A stretch of 32,000 nucleotides of DNA. It comes from Candidatus Saccharimonadota bacterium. GTDB lineage: Bacteria; Patescibacteriota; Gracilibacteria; Absconditabacterales; Absconditicoccaceae. A model generated the notes under the pieces. That model was given only the letters and a program-made list of their open reading frames with translations. It was not told the DNA's origin and ran no database searches. Both the position numbers and the translations under genes were made by a program. This document shows positions 1 through 9,500 of this stretch, piece after piece (the first letter of the stretch is position 1; every line of letters starts with the position of its first letter). The stretch covers positions 510,001 to 542,000 of the forward strand of contig CP006913.1 in assembly GCA_000503875.1 (NCBI GenBank), read 5' to 3'.

Positions 1-59
1 TAATGGTAAAATACAAGACTCCGAATCCTGTGTTGTAGGTTCGATTCCTACTCTTCCTG
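1..59 (+). tRNA. 3' portion of a tRNA whose 5' end lies left of the window. The anticodon loop reads CU-CCG-AA, so it is probably tRNA-Arg(CCG).
   Basis: T arm GTAGG-TTCGATT-CCTAC at 35-51. Acceptor 3' strand at 52-58 plus discriminator G59. Anticodon stem 14-18/26-30 has one A-C mismatch, the loop is 19-25, and the variable loop is 4 nt. Confidence 0.6.
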
Positions 60-159
60 AATAGCAAATAAATATTGACATTTTAAATGTAAAATAAAAA
101 GAGATATAGATAAAATTCTATATATAAATACAATTTTTTACCAAAAAATATGTCTACAT

Positions 160-843
160 ATGTCCAAATTAAAACAAATATTTACATATATAAAGAGACT
201 TTTCCCCGATCCAAAGACTGAATTAATATATAATATGCCATTTCAATTAGTAGTAGCTGTAATATTATCAGCTCAGACAACTGATATACAAGTAAACAAA
301 GCAACTTCAAATTTATTCAAAAATATATATACTCCCCAAAATATAATACAAATATGACAATCAAAATTAATAAAGTCAATATCGTCAATTAATTACTATA
401 AGACCAAATGAAAAAATATATTTCTCTTATCTAAGCTTATTGTAGACAGTAAAAAAGTAAAAGATTTATGAATAGAAAAATGGAATACCTACGAGGATAA
501 AAATAATATATATTTTATACCCAACACAATAGAGGGACTTAAAAAATTGCCTTGAATTTGAGAAAAAACAGCAAAAGTAGTAGCTCATGTATTATTTTGA
601 GCACCAGTTATTGCAGTAGATACCCATGTTCATAGAGTATGTAATAGATTATGAATAGTTTCAACAAAAACTCCTGAACAAACTTCAAAATTACTTGAAA
701 ATATTATTCCAAAACAATACAAATCAATTGCTCATCATAGTATAATCCTCTTTTGAAGATATTATTGCACAGCCAAAAAACCCAAATGTGAAACATGCGA
801 ATTACAAAGCATCTGTAAACGATATCAATCAATTAAAAAGTAA
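160..843 (+). CDS. nth: Endonuclease III (HhH-GPD DNA glycosylase with a 4Fe-4S cluster), 227 aa
   Basis: ATG at 160 and TAA at 841-843, one frame with several in-frame TGAs. Motifs seen: VILSAQTTD, LP-G-I-G-EKTA (both G encoded by TGA at 553-561), IAVDTHVHRV, and a C-terminal C-x6-C-x2-C-x5-C (CTAKKPKCETCELQSIC). Confidence 0.93.
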
Positions 844-926
844 GTCATTGCACTTGTGTCCCATAGAACAAGCATTAAAGTAACAATTCATATATTATAA
901 AACTTTTTATCAATTATCATATATTT

Positions 927-1541
927 ATGAATCTTATTGAACCAAAACGATGACTTGAATTAGTTCTATCTCTTCATCAAGCAATGCTTTCATCGCAACT
1001 ACGAACAGTTCTTACTCCAACACTAGCTGATGTTTTCGTATTCAGTTACCCTATCTATCTAATAGTTCTTTATAGTATAGGACGAATTAAAAAACAGATC
1101 AGTTATAAAGTTGCATCGCTCTGGATTTTTGCCAATGTGGTTGTTACCACTCTGGTAAACATAGGAATCCAAGCACTTGTCCAAAAATCCAGGCCAAATA
1201 TTGTCCTCTGATTAATTGATGAGAAAGTAGAAACTGTTCTTCATAAATTTTTACCTACAAGTAGTTTTCCTTCTGATCATGCTGCAGTTTCTATGAGTAT
1301 AGCAGTAGCAACATTCCTTCGATGAATACAAAAAAAAGACAGGAAATATATCTATTTTTCAATTATCTTATTCGTTTTTAGTTGTATTATGTGTGTATCT
1401 AGAATAGCTACCGCTGTACATCGACCAACAGATATTTTAGGTGGGATTTTGGTAGGGGCCATCATTCCTCTACTTCTTAGCACAAAAAAAATCTCCTCAT
1501 TTGGAGAGAAGATTTCTTTATGGATAGGAAAGAAAATTTAA
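927..1541 (+). CDS. PAP2-family membrane phosphatase (undecaprenyl-diphosphatase/BcrC-like), 204 aa
   Basis: ATG at 927 and TAA at 1539-1541. PAP2 motifs KSRPN, FPSDHA and SRIATAVHRPTD are present, with several hydrophobic segments. Three in-frame TGAs are read as Gly. Confidence 0.85.
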
Positions 1542-1555
1542 TTACTACTAATCAT

Positions 1556-4500
1556 TTAACTAGTTTTTTTCGCTTCATAATCTACTTTCAATTTACTATC
1601 AGCAAACGACACTTTTATAGTATTACTCGTATCATGACTAAATACTAAAATACCATTGTCTACTTTCATTTTAGTCATGTTTTTTATATTATCCAAAACC
1701 TTATCTCATAAGGTTATTTTACTTGCATCTTTTCATTGAAGATATACAAGCATATTTCTGAAATGCATAGGATCTTTTATAAAATCCAGAGTCGCAATAG
1801 TTGTTTCAGTTGTGATAGATTCTAACAACATATTAAAATTACTTTTAATAACTCATTGGCCTTTATCAAAATCAAACAATTGACTCATTGGAGCTAAAAC
1901 ACCTTTCTGATATTTTGATATAGGAGTATCTGTTTCTGAACTATCATATGTATACAAATCATCAATTTTTTTGAATTCATAATTTCCATATTTATCACTC
2001 ACATCCTTAAGATTATCTTTTAATCAATTTTTCACTCAATCAAATTTATCTTTTGCTTCTTTATCTACATCTGGAGTTGCTGACTCAACAACTTTAGGTT
2101 GTCATGAAACATCATTTTCTGATAATACATAATGAAAATTACCATTTCATTTACTTCCTCCCATAAGATATGCTGTAATAGCTTTGGCATAATCAAATTG
2201 ATTTGTAATACCAAATAAATCTTTATCAAACAATGTTTCTGTATTTTTATATCCTGATTTTAATTTAGAATCCGAATCAATAATTATTTTATGCGTATTA
2301 GTGTCTTCAATAATTGATTTCAATAATATACCAATAGATCCTTGATCAACATTTTCTTTTATTAATGGTTGTGAAGTTACCGTATCAACGACAAAAAGAG
2401 ATTCATAAGGAATTACCTTCAACTTATCTTTATTTGCCAAATAATAAGAACTCAAAAGATTAGCATCCAATAATTTAGTATTAATAACAGAATTTACTTC
2501 GAAATTTTCTATAATTGATTCTTTATTATTTTCTTGTTTAAATGTAGCTGATATAGTTTTCAAGTTATCAATAATATTTTTATCATCTAATTGTATTGTA
2601 GTAGAATTGTTTTGAATAAATTTAAAACCTTCCAAAACTTTTTTTTGATCAGCATCAAAACCATATTGTTTAACAAATTCGTTATTCAATACATCAGAGA
2701 ATCAAGGTATTTTACCAAACTTCTTCAATAATCCACCTTTTCCACCAAAAAGAGAATCCAAAAATTTCATCAACATTTTTCCTATAGGATGTTGAAATAA
2801 AATTCATACAACAGATTTAATCTGATCTTCAAGTGTTTTAGGTTTATCTATTCATTCTTTTTGTATATCAATAGTAGCTTTTTGTATAGCAATAATGTCT
2901 TTTAAAGTAATAATTTTAGTGAATAATTCAGAATCTTTATCTATAAACGGGGTATTTCAAGTTGTCAATGAAAATAATTTTTCTGTAACAATTTGTTTCG
3001 TCATAAAATCTACTCATAAGAAATTTGAATTTGTTTTTATTTCTCCTGATTTTATTTCTCCTAATTCTATTTCTCCTAAATAAGTCCTAAGAAGTTCTTT
3101 ATCTCAGCTAATTCATTCAATAAGAATTTTTATATAGTCATTTTTCTCTGATTCAGGATATATTGATATTTTTTTTGTTTCTTTATTTTCCTCCTTTGTT
3201 GTATCATCTGCTAATAATTCTGTACTTTTATCTATAATAACCTCTTTGGTTGCATTAATTTTATTCAAAAAAGTCTTTAAATTTTCTCATGTTTTTAAAT
3301 ACGATAAAATCTCTTGTGGTCTTTTTTGAAAAAGATATCTCAATCCTTCACTACCTCAATGACCATCTAGCTTCATTTTTCAAACAACATCCATATAATC
3401 TCAAGGATTTTCTTCTTTTACATCATCAAATAATGTTGATAATGATGGTGTCTTTTCTAATCATTGAGCTAAATCTTTATTTGGATCTCCAAAAGTAATA
3501 TATCAAGTTATTGTTTTTTCAGATCAAGGTTTAGTACAAGGAAGGGAAACAACTCTAGTACCATCTTGATAATGAGAAATTTTTCCTGTATCAGAAGATC
3601 TTGCATAGGAAAGATCAAGCTTTGAGAAATCTGGCGTATTATCATTAAGTTGAGATCTAAGGATAAGTTTAAATGTATTTATATGTTGCTGCGTTATAGC
3701 TATTTTCTCTCCTCTAAAAGTAATTTCTCAAGGAGTAAATCCTTTTTTTTCTATTTTAAGCAAATACATCATATCAAAAATATCATTGTACACTTGCTTA
3801 TATTGCTCTTTTTCTACAAATTGTTTAAAACTATCTGGTTTTTGATTATCGGATTCCAAAATAGATTTCCAAGAGATTGAAGATTGTTTTTCTGGCGATA
3901 ATTTAGCAGCAGTTATTGAATTAGTCTCTTTTATAGCTGTTTCCAATACATTATCTATATCCGATTTTCATTTAACATCTATTGGTGCAGTATTTATTTG
4001 AGATTGTACATTATTCAAAGACTTTGTAATAAAAGATACTAATTCTGCATCAGGAGTATTTTTTAAGTCTATTTTGAATTTATTAATTCATTTTTGCATC
4101 GATGTTTGTGCTAAGGGATGCATTTTTGAAATTTGATTTTCAATCTTAGAAATGGTTTCTTCTGCATCATTTCTAATTTTTGTATAATTTATTTTATTCT
4201 CTACAGTCTGATTTACTCACTGCAACTGAGCAATATTAGAAATTATTGATTGATCTATGTTTTTTTGAGATGTTTGTTCTGTATATTTTTTATCTTCCAA
4301 AGAATATTTATCAAAAGATATTTTAACTTCATTGTTTATTTTTTTAAAAAAATCTTTCATTGATTTTTCTCAATTAATATTTTGTGCAAAATCATTTATA
4401 TAACTGATATATTGAGGATATTTTTGTTTAAATGATTCTAGATTTGTAGATTGATAAAAATTGGTCAACCCAGAATTAGATCAACTTTTTCATTTATCCA

Positions 4501-4906
4501 AAAAATCCATATATAAAGTGCCAAGTTCCTCAGCAAAAGAAGAAATCTGTTCATACTCTTTGCTAGATTCTTCTAGTTTTTGTTTGTCTGTAATTTTTCA
4601 ATCAAATAATTGATATATCAAATCTTTATAAACACTATCATCTCTATTAATATGATCATTTTCCTTATCCATTTTCCATAATGTAAGCAAAAAATTTGCT
4701 AATAATTTTTTTTCTTCTGGCGTGCAAGCAGAAAGTGTTGTTATATTAGCCTTTATATCAGATAAGACAAAATCAAAAACACGCTGATTTTTTTCCAAAG
4801 AAACAAGAGAATTCAAAGATTCCTTATAATCAGAAATTTGTTGAGGATTCATTTTTATTTCTGGTATTTTATCTTCAAAATGTTGTTTGTTTTCTACGTT
4901 TGTCAT
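1556..4906 (-). CDS. Large orphan protein L1, 1116 aa, with no recognised domain
   Basis: My codon-by-codon scan of this frame finds 0 TAA/TAG and 29 in-frame TGA. The frame joins track ORFs 2147-2689, 3728-3946 and 4598-4906. ATG at 4904-4906 is preceded by an in-frame TAA at 4916-4918, and the TAA stop is at 1556-1558. The protein is K/E/N/D/S-rich, with no signal peptide or TM segment seen. Confidence 0.85.
3038..3082 (-). repeat. Three tandem copies of a 15-bp unit inside L1, encoding a GEI pentapeptide repeat
   Basis: The copies are tatttctcctgattt, tatttctcctaattc and tatttctcctaaata (plus strand). On the minus strand they translate as LGEIELGEIKSGEIK. Confidence 0.8.
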
Positions 4907-4922
4907 AATAAATTTTTAAGAA

Positions 4923-5201
4923 TTAAATATCTGCCAATAATTTATTCAAATCATCTTCTTTTGACTGTTCTTGCAATTCAACTGCTTGTAACTTTTGCAA
5001 AAAAGTTTGGCTTTTGAGAAGATATTCTTGGGCCTTTTGATCATTTACTTGTTTAATGCTTTCAGCAAAAATATGTTGCAATCCAACAATTGTCTGATCA
5101 TTCAACACATTATGTTCTATCAACAACTTCAATCCTGCAGCCATTGACCATTTTCCATCTAACGCAGTAAGAAGTTTGAGAATATATTCTTTTTTGTTCA
5201 T
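4923..5201 (-). CDS. Small helical orphan protein S1, 92 aa, paralogous to S2 (8803-9093)
   Basis: Complete ATG-to-TAA ORF already intact in the track. It lies 16 nt upstream of the L1 start and 24 nt downstream of the protein A stop. Its N-terminus MNKKEYILKLL matches MTKKEYVLKVL of S2. Confidence 0.85.
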   Translation of the reverse strand: MNKKEYILKLLTALDGKWSMAAGLKLLIEHNVLNDQTIVGLQHIFAESIKQVNDQKAQEYLLKSQTFLQKLQAVELQEQSKEDDLNKLLADI

Positions 5202-5225
5202 GATAATAATGAATAATAAAGGGTA

Positions 5226-6344
5226 TTAGTTAGAAGCAAGAAGATGTTGTTTCTGTTGTACATTCATTTCTTGCGCTCTCATAATATATTCTTTCCATTC
5301 TTTTTTTTCTGAATAATTAGTATAAAGCTGATTAAGAGCAAATTTTGAATCATTTTTCGTAAAGAGATTAAGAAATGTTTTTGATTTACTTAAAGCAATA
5401 GCGACTCTATTTTCTTTGAAGATTTTTTGTATATCATCTTTATATTGCAATCACAAAGTATCAGATACATCCATAACAACAGAATTAGCTTTTTTCTCTT
5501 TATAATAAGCATATGACTGAGATGTTGTTTTCCAAGGTCAATGTTTTATTATGATTTTTCAATTTTCTAATTTATAATACGTACGTTTAAGAAAATTTTG
5601 TTGTACTCTTTTTCAAGCTCTATTAATTATTTCTACGCCTTCCAGAAACATATGTGTTCATAAAGGTTTTTTTAATACTTCCCAGGATTCAAATTTTTTA
5701 TAGTCTTGTGGAGGAAAAACTAAATTTTCCTCTTCTTCTAGATCTTTATCTGAATCATCTTCCGGAGTTTTAATATCGTCATCTTTTTCAGGTGTTTTTT
5801 GTGGAATCTTCTGAATATCAGGGACATTTCTACCACTCATACTCACATCTAATGCAGCAAATCTATACGTTCATTGTTCATCTGTTTTATCAACAGGAAG
5901 CACATCAAAGTGAATCTTATCTTTTATGGTAGTAAGAAGTGTTTGAGGTAATTGATTTAGCAACGTCATTGCTCTAAGCCATGCCTGAGCAGTATTTCCT
6001 GTAGAAAGATCAGGATTAGTAACGATTCCTTTTTCTTTTAATGACGATGCCATAGAGTTAGCTTCTGATTTTTTGTTTTCAGCTCAACCAGTGGACCATC
6101 AAATACTATCAGCTCTTGCTCTTACCGTAAATAAATCAACATGATTACCAAAAGCAGTATGAAAATTAACAATATTATCTATTTCTGATTGTGGTAACTT
6201 TTCAGCAGCTCCTACCTCTTGATTTGAAGCACCAGCTTCAATTTTTTTCTTTAAATCGGAAAATTCTCATTGTGTAGAAGACACTACTCAATCTACATCT
6301 TCTTGATGATTATTTGTATATTCAACAGTTTCTCCAAATACCAT
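5226..6344 (-). CDS. Orphan protein A, 372 aa, first gene of the A-S1-L1 operon
   Basis: Joins track ORFs 5226-5450, 5658-5846 and 5871-6053, all in one frame and separated only by TGA. ATG at 6342-6344 has an in-frame TAG upstream at 6375-6377, and the TAA stop is at 5226-5228. A central acidic/Lys-rich linker reads KTPEKDDDIKTPEDDSDKDLEEEE. No signal peptide seen. Confidence 0.82.
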
Positions 6345-6378
6345 ATAGGAATAGTGATAGAATAAAATTCTTACCTAA

Positions 6379-6406
6379 ATTATACAAGATATTTTGAAAA
6401 ACACAA
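6379..6406 (-). promoter_or_regulatory. Putative sigma70-type promoter for the A-S1-L1 operon
   Basis: Minus strand reads TTGTGT, then 16 nt, then TATAAT (-10 at 6379-6384). It lies about 35 nt upstream of the ATG at 6344. AT-rich DNA produces such matches easily. Confidence 0.35.
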
Positions 6407-6435
6407 AAGCTATCCAAATATACAATCAGATTAAT

Positions 6436-6463
6436 TTGACTTTTTATATAAAAGAATTATAAT
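6436..6463 (+). promoter_or_regulatory. Putative sigma70-type promoter for the CAP-domain gene
   Basis: TTGACT at 6436-6441, a 16-nt spacer, then TATAAT at 6458-6463. This is 29 nt upstream of the ATG at 6492. Confidence 0.4.
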
Positions 6464-6491
6464 ATAAAAGATTTATTATTTATGCGAAAAT

Positions 6492-7082
6492 ATGAACGCA
6501 AAAAAAGCAATAATTATAGGAAGTTTAGTAGCAGCAACAATATTGCCTTTTTCTAGTAATGGACAACAAACTACAAACAAAACAAAAAAAGATTTAATAG
6601 AAAATATAAATGGAAAAAATAATAAAATCAATGAAAAACCAGCTAATGTCGTAGATTATCAAAAACAAACACTCCTCTATATTAATGAAATAAGAAAACA
6701 ACATAAATTATCACCGCTAAAATATGATAAAACATTGGAAAATCTAGCACGAGAACAATCAAAATATCTGAAAGAAAATAGACCAGTTTGACATAAATTA
6801 GAATCTGGAGATCATTTTGATAAAAAATATAGCTTACCTATCCACAGGATAGAAAAAGCCCGATGAGAAAGATTAGATTTATTTTGAGAAGAAGATCCTT
6901 GATCAGAAGTAATCGTAACAATAGATCAAAATTCCATAAAAAGACTTGTCGATCTCCGAATGGAAAGTAAAAAAGGACATAGAGAAAGAATATTAGGAGC
7001 ATATACTCATATGTGAGTAAGTTATGAAAAAGGAAGTAATTTTTTTATTGTCGTTTTTGCAAGAGAAAAACCCCAAAATTAA
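6492..7082 (+). CDS. Secreted CAP/SCP (YkwD-like) domain protein, 196 aa
   Basis: Signal-peptide-like N-terminus MNAKKAIIIGSLVAATILPFSS. CAP-like segment INEIRKQHKLSPLKYDKTLENLAREQSKYL. Five in-frame TGAs are read as Gly, and the TAA stop is at 7080-7082. Confidence 0.75.
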
Positions 7083-7134
7083 AAGAAAAATATTATGAAT
7101 TAAATTCAGGTTCTTTTGCATAAAAAGAAAAATA

Positions 7135-8778
7135 TCTATCTTTTTGAATTCATTCTTCAGTAGATTGAGATGCGGTTTGCTTTCATTTAATCAAATCCCC
7201 CACAGAAAAATCTATTTTTTTAACAAGTTCTGAATCTTTTCCATTTGGAAGTTTTTGTAAAAGATAAGTAATTGATGTCAATGCTCTACAGATAACTAAA
7301 TCAGATTGTTTTACATCATTCCAACTCTTTGTTTTTTCTTGCATAGAAGTAACTAATGTATTTACATCAAAAGATAATTGTTTTGTAGAAACTAATTTTT
7401 GTATTCAATCGATTAAATTCTTTTTATCTTGTGTGAAATCTTTGCCTTCTTTGATTCAGACATAGTCAACGCCAGCACTAATAGCAATTGGAATTTTTTT
7501 TATGTCATTTACATCAAGAATTCTTTTTTCATAGGCATCAAATATTTTTTTTACAGAATCCATTTTTTGTTTTCATGATTGAGAAAGTGTATATTCTCAA
7601 AAATCAAAAAAATCAAGTCAACGAGCTGATTCTGGATTTGCACTACTACTATTATCTAAAATTCAATTAGTTGTTATTTGAGTAAGTACTTCATCTTTAT
7701 TATTTGGCTCAATTAATCATGTTTCTTTATTTACAAAAGAATTAGCAATAACTTTTAAAGAAACATCTGGTCTATTTCATAATTTATTTGAATCCAAAAC
7801 AATATGCGTTCAATCTATAGAAATTCCAGAAGATATTATTTCTGATTGATTTTCTCGTATAATTCAAGATTTTCCTTGTCATTCAGTATGTCAACGTAAT
7901 TGTTTTTCTCCTATAGAAACAAGTATATTTGCTCAAGGTCAATCTACTCAGGCTACTTTTAAATCTAATGACAAAGTATCTTGAGTCCATAAAACAGATT
8001 TTTCATTTTGACCAATTTTATCAAGTTTTGGATTATAATCAAAAAATACCCTTCAATAATTAGATCATTTTTTACCATCTATTCATGCCGTATTAGATCA
8101 ATCTCAAACTGCTAATGTAGTTTGTTGAGGTAATATACGAGCATCTGATGTATTAGCAAATAATTTATAGAAAGCTTTCGTTGTATCCTGTAAAGAATTA
8201 AGTAATTGTTTTTGAGGAAAACTATATCTTTCATATGCTTGTTGTGGCGTTAATGATTCTTGTGTTGATGAATCCTTTTGCTTTTTGCCAATCGATTCAA
8301 AAAAATCTTTTAAATTTACTATATTTCAATTATCATCTTTTCAGGTTTCTATATATTTTTTAAATTTATTAGCATCACCTAAACCTAAATCAGAATAAAA
8401 GGCAGAATTTTTAAAAGAGTGTAATGTCTTTACCATAGCCAAAGAATAAGCAAGATTTGACTTTTCTTCAGAAGAAAAATGCTGCACATCCTGTTTAGTC
8501 AATCAATCAATAGGTTTACTAATTCCATAGGTTTTTAGAATATTATTGATTTTATCTTTTATTTCAGGGCTTGAAAGCAAATCAACCTTAGTTGAAGAAG
8601 CATTAGTAACATTAAATATTTTAGAAAAATCGATAGATGTTTTATTTTCAAGATCTTTAGCAATATTCTTATTATTTTCTTGAGAATCAGTTACTTTATT
8701 AAGTTCTTCTTCATTCTTTATTTCTGGAGTTTCTTTTTTGACTTCTGGAGTTTCTTTTTTAACTTCTGGAGTTGGCAT
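7135..8778 (-). CDS. Large orphan protein L2, 547 aa, with no recognised domain
   Basis: My scan of the frame finds 0 internal TAA/TAG and 25 in-frame TGA. ATG at 8776-8778 and TAG stop at 7135-7137. The N-terminus carries a PEVKKET tandem repeat. Gly-rich middle stretches include AVGDGSNTAGIDGKKGSNYG and VAGVDGPGANILV. No signal peptide. Confidence 0.83.
8721..8775 (-). repeat. About 2.7 tandem copies of a 21-bp unit encoding the heptad PEVKKET at the L2 N-terminus
   Basis: Plus-strand unit cttctggagtttctttttt(g/a)a is repeated. The protein begins MPTPEVKKETPEVKKETPEIK. Confidence 0.85.
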
Positions 8779-8802
8779 TATAAAATTATTAAATAATAAA
8801 AG

Positions 8803-9093
8803 TTAAAAACTAGACAAAAACTCATCTAATTTTTGTATATCTTTTTGATCTGCTTCTTTAGATAAACGTTCTGTTTCTTGTAAGGATTGTAAATAAGAAG
8901 TTAATTGTTGAGCTTTTTGAGTATTCTGATATTGTAAAGTGCTATGTATCGATTCAACACATTTTTGATACATATCTTCAATATATTCATCCGTAGCCGT
9001 TCAAGAAAGTATTTTCTCTTTTATAGAAACAGCTTCTGTCCAATAAGGGAGAACTCTATCCAACACTTTTAGCACATACTCTTTTTTTGTCAT
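8803..9093 (-). CDS. Small helical orphan protein S2, 96 aa, paralogous to S1
   Basis: ATG at 9091-9093 and TAA at 8803-8805, with one in-frame TGA at 9001-9003. Too short for the track because of that TGA. It lies 24 nt upstream of the L2 start. The first 50 residues share 17 identities with S1 in an ungapped hand alignment. Confidence 0.82.
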
Positions 9094-9121
9094 TTCTTCA
9101 TATAAAAAATAAACATACTCG

Positions 9122-9150
9122 ATTATATATCCTCCGCTTTAAAAAAGCAA
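9122..9150 (-). promoter_or_regulatory. Putative sigma70-type promoter for the S2-L2 cassette
   Basis: Minus strand reads TTGCTT (9145-9150), then a 17-nt spacer, then TATAAT (9122-9127). It lies about 29 nt upstream of the ATG at 9093. Confidence 0.45.
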
Positions 9151-9217
9151 AAAAACAATCATATTCAGATTTTTTAAATTGACAAAACATAAGAAACATA
9201 TAAAATATCTAAAATAC

Positions 9218-9248
9218 AAAAAAACGGTAGGGAAAACCTACCGTTTTT
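9218..9248. terminator. Bidirectional intrinsic-terminator-like hairpin
   Basis: Stem CGGTAGG (9225-9231) pairs with CCTACCG (9237-9243). It is flanked by 7 A upstream and 5 T downstream, giving a U-tract on either strand that is longer on the minus strand. Confidence 0.55.
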
Positions 9249-9268
9249 CTAAACAAAAATTTTACAAT

Positions 9269-9300
9269 AAAAAAAAGCTATCGGGTAATAACTCGATAGC
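9269..9300 (-). terminator. Intrinsic terminator, minus-strand orientation
   Basis: A 10-bp stem (9277-9286 with 9291-9300, one G-U) with loop AATA. On the minus strand it is followed by 8 U (the A-run at 9269-9276). Confidence 0.6.
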
Positions 9301-9466
9301 CAGACTTCTGGCACCAGCTGACTCCTTATTACTATGGAGGGTATAGAACTAGTAACGCGCGCCACTACTAATTTTATATCCTCAATAATTGTTACAGAAA
9401 AAGTTCAAAAGGCTGGTTCCAAAAGTATATGCACATCATCCACTTGGGTAAGCTTCCTATGGGCGA

Positions 9467-9500
9467 ACACTTTTGAATGCAAAAGTGTAATAATTTTTTT
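9467..9500 (+). terminator. Terminator-like hairpin, plus-strand orientation
   Basis: A 9-bp stem ACACTTTTG/CAAAAGTGT (9467-9475 with 9480-9488). A run of 7 T at 9494-9500 follows after a 5-nt spacer. Confidence 0.4.

Noticed and set aside
2895-3880. Plus-strand track ORFs at 2895-3083, 3289-3498 and 3650-3880
   Set aside because: They are antisense to the continuous L1 frame, and their products are hydrophobic low-complexity artefacts.
7110-7128. Hairpin TTCTTTT/AAAAGAA between the convergent CAP and L2 genes as a terminator
   Set aside because: The stem is almost entirely A-U with a single G-C pair and has no clear U-tract, so it is too weak to call.
1556-8778. Homology between the two large proteins L1 and L2
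   Set aside because: I found only a short patch: TPEEKKLLANFLL in L1 against SSEEKSNLAYSLA in L2. That could be chance in K/E/L-rich sequence, so it is not claimed without a proper alignment.
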